Shown here one piece after another: positions 1-13,075 of a stretch of DNA of 64,000 bases. This DNA comes from Octopus sinensis (Eukaryota). Under the pieces are notes generated by a model that was not told the DNA's origin, made no database searches, and worked only from the letters and a program-made list of their open reading frames with translations. Where the stretch lies: the NCBI RefSeq assembly GCF_006345805.1, contig NC_043000.1, forward strand, positions 50,034,001 through 50,098,000, in the 5' to 3' direction. Numbering within the stretch: the stretch's first letter is position 1; the number at the start of each line of letters is the position of its first letter. Position numbers and translations under genes: made by a program.

Positions 1-908
1 GGTGAGGGTAGGGCAGGTGTAGGATGAGAGGGGGGTTGGGGTAGGATGACGGTAGGAGGAGGGGGACAATGATAATATTGGTGATGATTATGATGCCGAT
101 AGTTGTCCAAATGGCTGGCAATATGAATAGCTGGTTTACTGACGAGCTATCCTGGAATTCCTGAACCATAGCAGTCAACAATGTGGATGAGGATCTTGAT
201 TTTACAAGGGAGATGAGCGAAGGCTGTGGTGAGGAAGTGGAAGAGAAGGATAGAGAAAAGTAGAGAAGAGTCGTATATTAAGAAGCTCAAGTAACCTCAA
301 CTGACCTTGTGTGTTAGTCAAGATATATTAATAATAAAAGGATTTTTGATTCAGTTTGTCTACTGACTCTGAAAAGAAATACCAGAATGGTTGACCATTT
401 CCTTCTTATAGCCAATGTATATCTTTAAACCTTGCAATGTGGCTATCAAGCTACTCTTCAATCATGCATTTCATTTTCTCTTTCCCTCCCTATGGTACCA
501 ATCTATATCTAAATGAACTATATTTATGAAGTTTTAACTGTCTTAGACAGAGACTAACTGAACCAAACTAGTTTCAGGGCAGGATATGAATGTATATAAT
601 TTTAAACAACCAGTTCAGCCAGCACTGTACCACATCATGAAGCTATTACTATTAGAAATATAAAGTACATATTTCTGTGCAGCAATCAATTCCGAAATAT
701 GATACATAAACCATATATAAAGTGGCTCATAAACCATATCTAAAGGGAAATGTTTAATGAAAGACATCATAAATCTCGTGCAATATTATGTTGTAATTCT
801 GTGCTGTAGGGAACATGTTTGCGCAAGATGTAGTATTGTGAAAGCAGTTATGAACATTGAAAAATTTAGTACATTGAAAAATTTAGTAAATATTAAGTAA
901 ATATTGTA

Positions 909-1074
909 GGCGCAGGAGTGGTTGTGTGGTAAGTAGCTTGCTTACCAACTACATGGTTCTGGGTTAGGTCCCACTGCGTGGCACCTTGGGCAAGTGTCTT
1001 CTACTATAGCCTCGGGCCGACCAAAGCCTTGTGAGTGGATTTGGTAGACAGAAACTGAAAAGAAGCCCTTCGTA

Positions 1075-1114
<40 letters not shown>

Positions 1115-1335
1115 TGTGTGTGTTTGTGCGTCTGTGTTTGTCCCTAGCATTGCTTGACAACCGATGCTGGTGTGTTCATGTCCCCGTTACTTTGCGGTTC
1201 GGCAAAAGAGACCGATAGAATAAGTACTGGGCTTACAAAAGAATAAGTCCTGGGGTCGAGTTGCTCGATTAAAGACGGTGCTCCAGCATGGCCGCAGTCA
1301 AGTGACTGAAACAAGTAAAAGAGAGTAAAAGAGTA
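909..1335 (+). mobile_element. Full-length tRNA-headed SINE (family A) with internal (TA)n/(GT)n hinge
   Basis: Head ggcgcaggagtggttgtgtggtaag...gggttaggtcccact (A/B-box-like), body gcaccttgggcaagtgtcttctactatagcc, tail ...gactgaaacaagtaaaagagagtaaaagag. Closely matching copies occur elsewhere in the window (e.g. 19215-19655, minus). Confidence 0.9.
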
Positions 1336-2392
1336 TAGCATTCAGTACTGCCTCATAGAGATGGAAAGTGTTGTGTTAAAACATTATATTAAAAAGATAA
1401 TAAATAAATAAATAAATACATGAGTAAATATTGTTGTATGTATTTTATATATGTATATCATTTTTCAACTTTGATTTATAATTCGTTGTATATAATGATT
1501 GTTAAAGATGTACATGAACATTAAACAAACATACACATTCACATACGCACAGACATAAGATTAAACAACATGGAACTTTAAGCAAATAAATTACTTAGTG
1601 GATGTTTTAACTTCTTTGTATATTTTCAGCTGACAAAAGCCTTTGTGTGTGTCTTAACAGACTGGCCCTAACATAAAAAGAAGAAAAAAAACTTTAAAAA
1701 AAAGTAGAAAAAAAAGAAACAAAAACCTATAAGTCAAGAATTTCAACCCTTAGTTACACAACCAACAAGAACTAAAACACACCAACTACCACAAAACAAA
1801 ACAAAATAAATTGCTTCATATATATATATTTGTATATATATACAAAAAAAAAATATATATATATACACACATGATAAACCCAGACCGGTAAATTCCTAAG
1901 CTATTGGCTTTAATGATAAACTATACAAGAATGCAGTGAAAAGAAACAGACAAGAATAACAAAGGTAAGAAAATTTGTTTTTATTGCAAATTTCTCCATT
2001 ATTACTGTTTGCCTGAAAATGTTAAGTAAATTTCCTTTGACAAAATATATTTTCAATAGTAATAACCACAAAATGGTAAATAAAAAAAAAAGCAATCAGA
2101 TAATAAACTGCATGAAAACCTTCAAAAACAAAGCAAAAAAAAAATTTTTTAAGTCATTTTGCATTGTTTTCAAATATCCACAGGTGAGCAAATGAAATAC
2201 ATCATTATAAACTATTTCTATGGAATCCAGTGCCAACAGCCATTGAGAAATCTTTGACTACCTCAGAATTCAAACAGAATCTGTTTGCATGTTCTTTCTT
2301 GTTGTTGTTGCTTTACCAATAGTGAATATTATTTTCTAAACTTGGGGTAGCATTGCCTCTGTCTGTGTGTCTATTTTTCTACATACATATAT

Positions 2393-2425
<33 letters not shown>

Positions 2426-2428
<3 letters not shown>

Positions 2429-2489
2429 TTTTTATGTATATACACAACACAACACAAATGAATTTGTGTTGTGTTATTATAGTTTTATT

Positions 2490-2529
<40 letters not shown>

Positions 2530-2572
2530 GTATATATATATATGTATATATATACATATTTATATATAATAT

Positions 2573-2641
<69 letters not shown>

Positions 2642-2701
2642 CAAATAATACTATAACAACACAAATCATTTGTGTTGTGTTGAGTATATGCATAAAAATG
2701 A
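2426..2701. repeat. Inverted duplication (~65-bp arms) around a (TA)n array
   Basis: The reverse complement of 2640-2701 (tcatttttatgcatatactcaacacaacacaaatgatttgtgttgttatagtattatttgat) closely matches 2426-2493. Confidence 0.9.
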
Positions 2702-2754
2702 ATATATATATATATGCATATATATATATAATATATGCATATATATATATATAT

Positions 2755-2787
<33 letters not shown>

Positions 2788-3310
2788 CATATATGTGTGT
2801 ATGTATATGAGTGTGTGTGTGTGTGCATTATACAACTAATCTCTGCTCTGACATGAGCTCTTAAATTGACAAACAGGTGAGTACATATTATGCAAACACC
2901 GTATATGTTATATGATTTTATAATTTGCATCAAATAGAGAGAAAAAAGAAAATGAAATTGGAAAACGATTCATCATACCTTTTTATATTCAGATAATTTC
3001 AAACTACTTGAAAGGCTCTGTAAGAAAATTTTCCATCAAAGATTTATTCTGTTCCTGCTTCGGCATAAAACAAATTGCACTTATTGCATTGTCATTCGTG
3101 AAATAGAGTAAAAAGAGGAATTACAAATTTCTGAAATGGACACACCCTTCTTACTGTACAAGAACATGAAGGGTTAAATCTCTTTGCTAAAAAACGTTGA
3201 TATTTTTGCCTCAATGCTCTTACTTATATTTTGATTTTTCTTTATTTGTATAATATTTACATAATAAATATAAAGGAAGAATTTCACTATCTAATCAATA
3301 TATACATACA

Positions 3311-3376
<66 letters not shown>

Positions 3377-3831
3377 CATACATAATACACACACACACAC
3401 ACACACAATACATAATAAAATAAAAAATAAAGGAAAATTTAGAATATAACTATTGATTAGTTTGAAGCCTTATTGCTTTTCTCAATGATTGTTATATTAA
3501 TCTTCTCTCCAAAAATCCAGTTATACTGTTACACAACAAAGATTGGCGCAGTAGTTTTCTGCTTAATTGGATGAAATAATGATGACTTAGTAATATATAA
3601 TGAAATTATTACCATACCATGTAATGAGTATTTCTTTATATTGATTGAAAAGGGTCAATTATTATGAACTGATCTTCAAAAAGATTTTATTCATTAAGTC
3701 TTAACTAGGCTTTGCATGCAAGTTTTCACTTTTTAATATATCTGAATAACTTTTCAGACATGCACAAACACACACATATATGTGTGTGTATTTGTTTGTG
3801 CATGTGTGCATATGTGTATATATGTATATAT

Positions 3832-3869
<38 letters not shown>

Positions 3870-4394
3870 TTCAGATGAATATGGTACTTAAGTTGAGGCA
3901 CCAGAAATTAGTACAGTATTATCCATACAATTTCAAAGTAAAGTGATTAAAATCAAAATAAGTAACAAGGATATCCAGAGGTAATGCAGTACGGTCGTTT
4001 CATGCAACTCCATTTAATTGAACAATGCAATCATTAAATCAATTTAAAATGCAGAGCAATCTTCAGCTGCACAAAGACATAGAATTTAATTAAATTAGAA
4101 CAGATGAATGCATTAGTATAATTACATCAAAAATCTAGAAGTTCTAAACTGGAGTGAGACAGCATGTTCTTTGTCTATCTCCTTAACTTCTTGGAGATTT
4201 TAGGTATAACTATACTAATGTGCAGATTTGTATGTTTTGTTCTATGTGTGTCTTCTCATGCATATACTTGCATATCTGGACATGTTTATATACACTTAAA
4301 TGATAAATTTCGCAAAAGTTTTACAGAGTTGTACAGTTCCAACGAAGGCTTGGATCTGTAGTCTTCAAATCAACTTTCTCCTTTCTGGTTTTGA

Positions 4395-4545
4395 TGTATG
4401 TATGTATGTATGTATGTATGTATGTATGTATGTATGTATGTATGTATGTATGTATGTATGTATGTATGTATTGATGGATGGATGGATGGATGGATGGAAG
4501 GAAGGAAGGAAGGAAGGAAGGAAGGAAGGAAGGAAAGAAGGAAGG
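4395..4545. repeat. Compound microsatellite (GTAT)n-(GGAT)n-(GGAA)n
   Basis: Directly visible. Confidence 0.95.
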
Positions 4546-4559
4546 TTTTTTTGTTTTCT

Positions 4560-4830
4560 TATGGCTTAAGTCTGTATAATGCACGGGGACATAGAAATAA
4601 TCGGACTGAATACCCGATCGCGCAGTTAAACCATTGGGAGTGAAGGACTCCTAGCCTTTGTTAGGGCATCCTTCTAGGAAAAGGTAACGCAGGTAACTGG
4701 GATAACTCCGACATAAAACCTGCGACTCAGTGGTTACCGATGATGTTGACTTGTTCTCCTTTTTGGATTATGGCTGCTGTTGCTTAGTGAGTGGGATTGA
4801 CTCAGTGCACAGCCTTTCCACACTTTAAAA
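4560..4830 (+). mobile_element. CpG-rich structured segment resembling an RTE-type retrotransposon 5' leader
   Basis: Contains ttagggcatccttctaggaaaagg...aactccgacataaaacc, which resembles RTE 5' UTR motifs as I recall them. Several perfect stems; CpG-rich against a CpG-poor background. Confidence 0.45.
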
Positions 4831-5211
4831 AAAAGTCTTCTTGCACAGGCATTGCATGATAACATTGTTCATGATTGTTGATAGTGCTGTGAGTCTCAAG
4901 TGAATGGCTGGCTGTAGCTTTAAAAAGCAAATAAAAGTCACATTCGATCACAGCACCAATAACAGTTGAGCTTCGTGCAATGGTCATACTCGATAATGAG
5001 GGGGCAGCCATCATGTATGTATGTATGTATGTATTATGTATAGATAGGATTCTGGTCTCATGAGTAGTTCACCTCTACTTCTTTCATACTCCTGGCATTC
5101 TGAACTCCGAAAACAACATTTCAGTTACTGCGGTTTACCACAGAATACCAAACTGTCATTGGGTTACTTATGTATAGCCTGGTGTACTGCATTGGTGAAT
5201 GAATAAGAATT

Positions 5212-5655
5212 AGGTGCAGTTATGTCCAAGTGGTTAAGAGGCTCACTTCACAACTGCTTGGTTCAATATCACAGCATAACACATTGGGCAGGTATCTTCT
5301 ATTATAGCCCCAGGATGATTTTTACTTTGTGAGTAAATTTGGTAGATAGGCACTAAAATAAGCCTTTCATGTGTGTGTGAGTGTGTGTGTGCGTGTGTGT
5401 GTGTGTGTGTGTGTGCACGTATGTTCATGTCTCCTTGTCTTGACATTGCAGTGTAATTGTAAATGAATGTCACTGTCATATAAGTGGTGTCATTTGTTTA
5501 CAGTCTTCTGTGAAAACAAGTTTAGACATTGTGCCATACATTTTCAAAATCCATAAGGAAATATCACTTTGCTTGGATACCAATGAAGGTCTGCAACAGG
5601 GGGAGCATCCAGCATAGAAAATCTGCTGCAACAAATTTGTCTGACCCAAGCAACA
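5212..5655 (+). mobile_element. Diverged SINE, family-A head with an alternative tail
   Basis: taggtgcagttatgtccaagtggttaagag...ttgggcaggtatcttctattatagcccc...gtgagtaaatttggtagat, then a GT hinge, then a tail unlike the 909 copy. Confidence 0.75.
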
Positions 5656-5794
5656 GTAACATCATTGAAGTCTCTGAAGCTCTAAGATAATGCATGAATA
5701 ATACAAAACAATGTGAACATAAAAGTATTACAAAACAATGTGAAAATAAAATTATAACAGCCTGGAATTTATTCTGTTGATATCGTTTGTTGAA

Positions 5795-6118
5795 TTGCTA
5801 AGTTACACGGACACAAACACTCCAACACCTGTTGTCAAGTGGTAGAGATGGGGTGACAAACACAGACACAAAGACATACATGCACACATACACATATGCA
5901 CTCACACACACATACATGCACACACATACACACACATGCACACATATATATACGACAGGCTTCTTTCAGTTTCCATCCGCCACATCCTCTCACAAGGCTT
6001 GGGTCAACCTGAGGCTATAGTAGAAGACACTTGCTCAAGGCACCATGCAGTGGGACTGAACCTGGAACCATGTGGATGGGGAGCAAGCTTCTTACCATAC
6101 AGGTATGCCTGTGCCCAT
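5795..6118 (-). mobile_element. Family-A SINE, partial
   Basis: Reverse-complement match to the head and body (ctgaggctatagtagaagacacttgctcaaggcaccatgcagtgggactgaacctggaacc). Confidence 0.85.
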
Positions 6119-6800
6119 GTGTATATTTTTTTGTATGAGGTACTCCCCTATTTGAATTATTGTTAAATTTTACATAAGGATATATAAACTTAGAATAGTG
6201 CATAATTGGAAACATAGAAAATGCTACTTACTCTCTTTAAAACCGAAGAGAAATGTTTGATATGGAAAAGAAACTATTAGCAGGTTTCTTCAAAATTTTA
6301 ATCTTTAAAACATTGTGACAATGAGCAACCTAATGCCCTACCTCTCCATCATCACCACCAGCACCACTTCCTCAAATTAAGAAAGAAAAAAACCTAAAGG
6401 AAGCTGAAACAAAAACACAATTAATATATTAAGTGTTTCAACTCATGAAATAAACGAAGAAATATAAACCAATAAAGAAAACTGTAAACACACCTTGTTA
6501 AGCTAATGGAATCAATAGCGAAGGTTGATGTATGTTTGTGTTATGATTAGAACAACAATAGTTTAATCAAAACATCAACAGCATCGACAAAAATAACAAG
6601 AAAAGGCAAAGCAGAAACTGTTGGGAAAACTGGAAACAGCAACACTCATACATATACACATACACACACCAAAAAAAAAAAAAAAAAAACGTCCAAAAAT
6701 ATTTCACATAATGTTAATTTATTTTATACACCCAAGTTCATGTTTACGTTTATGTTTTTGTTCAGTTGTATGCATGCACGTATGTGTTCTTGTATGTGTA

Positions 6801-6890
<90 letters not shown>

Positions 6891-7174
6891 CATGTGCACA
6901 ATAGAATCTGTAGATAGCAACCAACAACTTGATGTACTGTTTGAATAGTTTAAATAGAAGAAATTAATTAGTTCCAGTTTGTAATGCTATGGATGTGATT
7001 TCAACCATGGTGTCCTGATTTGTTCATCTGTTAATGCTTGACAAGAGGAGTCATATTAGCAACAAACAAACAATGGAATTAATAGTGGACTTGCACTATA
7101 CTACACTAAACTACACCATAGCTAAGCTGATACACCATGATAATTCTTTCACATCCATTTTATATTTTCCATTA

Positions 7175-7213
<39 letters not shown>

Positions 7214-7860
7214 ACACACACACATGCATACACACTCTCTCTCTTTCTGTCTGTCTCAAGCTATTACAAATTTATAAGCAACCGTGTAAGATCAATAGAG
7301 ATGAGTGAATCTGATTCTCTAGAACTCTTCTAAACTCACAGAGAGGTTCTTATAATTAATATGCCAGCATGGAATAAAAGCAAACAAAAAATGAAATACC
7401 AAATAATAATAATAATAATGATAATGATGATGATGATGATGATGATAGTTTAAGAAACGGTTGATAAGTTGTTTTTTTTTTAATGATAAATAAGTCTGTG
7501 ATAAATATGTAGACAAAAGGTTGGTGGATTTAGAATAGAATGCTTTGTAGAATGTCTACAGAAAGTTTGCTTCCTAGGGAGAGGAAAGATTATCAGGGGA
7601 GGGGGTTAGCACTTGAAAGACTATTGAAAGCTTGTGGATACCTAAGGCTATCCACATAAATTTTACAGGAATAAGAATGAACTTGAGTCAAATCAATAAT
7701 AATAACCTAAAATTTAACCCAGACCCCCAAATATGGGTGGTGTGTAAAAAATTGCTTGCTCTAAATATACAAGTTAGAATCATTCTGAATCATTTTGAAT
7801 CATTTTCAGTCTGTGATAAGAATTACATTTTTGTAGTGAATGCATCTGAATGTATAAACG

Positions 7861-8090
7861 TAGGCACAGGCATGGCTGTGTGGATAAGGAGTTTGCATTC
7901 CAAGAAAATGGGTTAACGGTTCAGTCCTACAGCTTGGCAATTTGGACAAGTATCTTTTATTATAGACCCGAGTCCATATTACCTTGCTTGGAAATACGTA
8001 ATGGTTGGTGAGATGAAGGGCAGCCAGCCATAGAAAATCTACCTCAATAAACTCCATTCAACCTTGCAAGTCATTTTGGTTAGGTAGAAA
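7861..8090 (+). mobile_element. Diverged SINE (family-A head, internally deleted)
   Basis: taggcacaggcatggctgtgtggataagg...ggttcagtcctac...gggcagccagccatagaaa. Confidence 0.7.
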
Positions 8091-8759
8091 TGGTAAAAAG
8101 CCTGTTGTATGCGTGTAACTGAACCTATGACTGCATAATTGTGGATGAAGCATCTTAATCATACAGCCATGCCTGGCAAAACAGAAAATAGAAAAATTCA
8201 ATATTTCTTATTGACATTTCTCATTCCATTCCATTATAGAACAAACACACAGTATTAATTAGTTAATCAATTAATTAATGACCTGCTAAGCAGTATGTTT
8301 TTGAGACTGTAATTGTATAATGGAATAAATCTATTATAGTAGTACAAGGTTTAGCTGACACTGCATGTAGAATTGTATATACCAGGCAAAATGTAATGAA
8401 TTTCCTATTCTATGTCTATATGTCTGTATGAATCAGTTCAACCAGCTTTGGGTTCTGTTTGGAACATTTTTCAGGAATTACATATCTTTCTATTAGCTAC
8501 CTGTGGAGATATTGGAGATATAGTCTACCAGAAATACATTATTTAAAGAAATCATATTTTTTGATTTACTGAAGTCCTCGAATTGCAGTAACACTATATA
8601 TTTTGGTGGCTGAAACTTCGCAGTTACAGTCAATGATATTCTTGTTAAAGAATAACAATTTTGTATGCTACCAAATTACTGACATGTCCTTCAATTTAAT
8701 GTAAAATTATTTTTATCACAACCTAAAAACAAAGATTTATATCACGTGATCATGTGACA

Positions 8760-9105
<346 letters not shown>

Positions 9106-9539
9106 TAAGTCAAAAGGCTTAGTGGCATTTCATCTGTCTTTACATTCTGTGTTCAAGCTCTGCTAAGGTCAAATTTGCCTTTCACCCTTTCAGGGATGAA
9201 ATAAGTACTAGTTGATTACTGTAAACAGTTGACCCTGTGGCATAATGTGAAGCATATATATAAAATACATTATTGAAAGGCTCATATTTCCAGTACTCAG
9301 AGTTGCTCATTTCTGATCATCAGGTGTTAAACCAAGAAACCTGGTTTTCTTTCGAATATCCATTGTCTGAATACTTTTTGAAATATGAAATGAAAGTCTG
9401 AAGGAAACACTTAACTCTATGTTCTTTCATTTATATAAACTAATTCTTCTTAACAGCCCGCACATACATAAAATAGGGTATTTGTTACATTTTGCCAGGT
9501 ATATACAATTCCACATGCAGTATCAGCTAAACATTGTAC

Positions 9540-10175
9540 TTCTATCATAGGTTTACTCCATCATACAATTACAGTTTTTAACCTAACGGTAAAAACTAAT
9601 ATAGCTAGAGAATTTCTTAATTCAATAGATAACCATTTTCTGTCAGGGCATAAATATAGAAAAATATTGAACTGGAACTGTGTTAAGGTTAGTTATTCAG
9701 CTTGCAAAAATTTCAGCTGAATAGAAAGAAGAGAGATGCAAACAGCTAGCCAACAAAGATCATGCAACTTTAGACTTCATGAGAACTGTCCACTAGATGG
9801 TAACTGTCTGGCAAAGTCGATAGTATACAGTGCAAAGGTTGAATCAAACAGCAGTAATATATATTGGGACAACAAAACTTGCATTCAAAAAGTTTTATTA
9901 CATGCACAAACATTCATTTGTCATCTCCAACAGAAAATAAGCTACAGAATTGTCAAAGTTTACATGGTTCTTGCATAAGACAAGTCTCATGAATTCAAAA
10001 TGACCTGCTCTATTGTGGATAACACACAACCATACAAGAATGTAAGGCTTAAATGAAAGATGTAGTGTGACCTTTGTTTGAGCAAAAAAAAAAGAAAACT
10101 GAGAATTTTTACTCAAGTCACCAATAGTTTGAACAAAAGAAATGAGCTGTTAATGCCTTGTATGCAAGCAGTTAA
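9540..10175 (+). pseudogene. Penelope-like element relic, RT-distal linker plus GIY-YIG endonuclease region
   Basis: Frameshifted translations FNLTVKTNIAREFLNSIDNHFLSGHKYRKILNWNCVKVSYS, CNFRLHENCPLDGNCLAKSIVYSAKVES, ATELSKFTW and LNKRNELL match the recalled PLE C-terminal pattern (KTNIG..FL..IDKHF...KIFNRNTVKVSYSC, CPLDGNCL...VYKA.V, TELSKYIW, LNKRSEL). Confidence 0.85.
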
Positions 10176-10959
10176 ATATCTTTTATGCAAATACAAACCT
10201 TCTTGAATCTTGTTCTGGTTCAGAGGGAAAAATAGTTTTTGATATGTTAAAATAATAGTTTTATCAATATATGTTTTAACATGTTTGAATGCATGGCTAT
10301 ATTTCTATATGTGCATATATGTATCTAAGAATATATGTACATGTATACATGTATGTATAATACATACAATAATATATAATTCCATGTATATATTTGTGTC
10401 TATGAGTTTATATGTGTGTATATCTATGCATTTGTCCAGGTGCATGCAAAAGGAACACCTGCATATGCACTTGTTTTTGAAAACATTAATTAAAAGTATT
10501 AATTAAAAAGATTACTTAAAATTATTATTTTAGAACATTGCTTAAACAGCAACACAAGTTCATGACTTCAAATGTATGGAGTTTATGATGTTTATTATAA
10601 TATTACCAGAGGAATTAGAAAGGAAATCAACAGCATGAGCTTGCAGTAGCTGTTTCCACACTTGTTCGCAAAGGCTTGCAAATGAAAGAACATAAAGATA
10701 AGCATTTCCTTCTCACTTCCATTTCATTTTTCATGAAATATTCAGGCAGATGATATTCAAAAGAAAATCAGCTTTAGTTTATCAGCTGATGATCAATTCT
10801 GAGTAAGCAATTCTGAGTACCAGGAATCAGAGCCTTTCAATTATAATGTATAAAAGAATACCCTACATTTTTACTGCATTCTTTGATTTATCACTTTTGC
10901 TGAATCAACAGAGATTTATATATGTACACACACACACACACACATACACACACACATAT

Positions 10960-10995
<36 letters not shown>

Positions 10996-11562
10996 CATAC
11001 ATACACACATATATAAATGTAAGATCCGAGGATTGAGGTGTATGAAGAAAGTGAGCTTCAAGCAATCCATAGAAAATATTAAAAAAAACTTTCTAGAATT
11101 GTTATGGGAGAATCCTGAACACCATGTGACTGAAGGTGAACTAACCGTTTACAATAAATAAGAACTGAATGAACTGTCAAGTTGACAGTGTTAGTTCAAC
11201 CTTGTTGGTTTACCAAGTTAGTTCGACATGTGTTAGTTTAACAGTCAGTAGTTAAACAGTGGATACTGAGTATCACATCTACATACATGTAGTACAGAGT
11301 GTGTTCTGTGTCAACATATATTTCTGCGATAGGATTTTTTTGATAACCACAACCAACTATTTATTTGTGTAACACCATTTTACACCAGATGTGAATACCT
11401 ACGTCATAACAGGAATAACAGTGGTTTATTGTGGCAGAAGTTTGTGAATTTTTCTGGTATTAAAGTACAATAAACTGAAAAAATTTATTTTATATTTCAC
11501 GGTTGGCATTCAGGGCAAATAAAAATCCAAGAGTTAAGGAATGGAGCATATAAAGTTCGAGC

Positions 11563-11854
11563 TACATATGTTTCATAGTGAGTGGAGCCTCAGGAGTGGT
11601 AAATATCAATAGAAAAGTGTATACTGCAGACTACTCTTCAGGTCAAGGGTATCTTGATTAAATGAAGTTTACTTTGTCATTAGGAGGTCTATGTTAACAC
11701 AAGATTTCTGATCAAGTCCTCCATGTGTTAACATGAGCCTCCAAACAACAAAGTAAGCTTCAGTTAATCAAGATACTTGAAGAGTAGCCTGTAGTATACA
11801 TCTTGCTTGGATATTTACCACTTCTGAGGTCCAACTTGCTATGAAACATATGTA
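11563..11854. repeat. Long fold-back inverted repeat (~130-138-bp arms, 24-nt loop), probable MITE
   Basis: 11563-11700 matches the reverse complement of 11725-11854, e.g. catatgtttcatag, gtggtaaatatc, tgtatact, ctactcttca, gtatcttgattaa, ttactttgt, atgttaacac. Confidence 0.9.
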
Positions 11855-12269
11855 ACACAGATTTTATCTCCTCTATTCCTTAACTCTTGGATATATATAT
11901 ATGTACATAATGACCACCTTTTACATCCATATTCTATGCTGCCATGGAATGGATGATTAGACAGGCTCTAATCCATCAAAGGCCATTCCATTCTTTTTTT
12001 AGAAGTATTAAGTATTTAGAACAGCATTATTAATAGAGACTTTCTTTTACAAAATAGCACCGTGTAATCTCAAGAAAATTTTACTTCTATTCCTAGCAAG
12101 TCAAGCTCTAATGCAGAAGCTCCCTCACAAGTACAAATATAAGAGCATGCAGTATGACAATATGAATGAAACATATTAATTCTTTAAATAAGTAATTTTC
12201 TTTTTCTTATTTGCTAACAGCAAATACAGGCCAAAAGCACTCTCTACTTTAGAAACTGATTTTGTATTC

Positions 12270-12445
12270 TTGACCATACCTCTCACTCCCTCGCTCTCTC
12301 CTTCCCTCCATCTCTCTCCCTCCCTCTCTCTCTCTCCCTCCTTCTTTCTCTCTCTTGCTCTCTCTTCCTCTCTCTGGCTCTCACCCCTCTCTCCCCCCTT
12401 TCTCTCTTTCCCTCTCTGGCTCTCACCCTCTCTCTCACTCACACA
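12270..12445. repeat. Polypyrimidine (CT)-rich tract
   Basis: Directly visible. Confidence 0.9.
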
Positions 12446-12909
12446 CACAAAGTTAAATTGGCTCCTCACTACCACTTTCTTAATTAATAAACAGTTTGCT
12501 GACAAGCTTTCTGAAAATTCTGAAGCTTGCATCACCTATTATTTGCATCATAGAACTGCACTGGGGTCAATCCAGAAAAATATTGAAATTCCAATATTAA
12601 AATACAGAATTCTTTATAGTTTTCTTTCAACAGAAACCTACTGGAAATTACTATGAATGGGAATAACAATTTATGACTAGACATATAATAGATATGATTA
12701 TGAACAACATACATGCTACAGCATGCAAGTTGTTCTATTTCTTACTTATGGTAAAACAGAAAATTACTAAAATTGATTTCTAACACAAGCACAAGAAAAG
12801 AAATTTGTGACAAAGCATACAACCTACAAAATTGACTGCAGGACTTATTTATTTAAATTACATTACAATTTCTGAACTAGTACTTTATTGCTAATATTTG
12901 ATAGAGCCT

Positions 12910-13075
12910 AGACTGGCAGAATTATAAGAGTATTGGATAAAAATTATTTTGGTATTTATTCTAGTTGTTCACATTCAGAGTTCAAATTCTGCTCAGGTAG
13001 ACTTTGCTTTGCATCACTTCAGTGTCAATAAAATAAAGTACTATTCAGGTATAAGGAATAATATACTTGACTAAC
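12910..13075 (+). mobile_element. Family-B SINE, diverged
   Basis: gactggcagaatt...cattcagagttcaaattctgctcaggtagactttgctttgcatc, matching the 48505 copy. Confidence 0.7.

Noticed and set aside
1-300. GC-richer, purine-skewed segment at the window start
   Set aside because: Probably a repeat fragment, but no frame gave a recognisable protein and it is cut by the window edge.
2353-2933. 167-aa and 101-aa ORFs, and the many similar YI/TH/CV/LL-rich ORFs in the track
   Set aside because: They are translations of (TA)n, (CA)n, (ATT)n and similar microsatellites, which lack stop codons in some frames.
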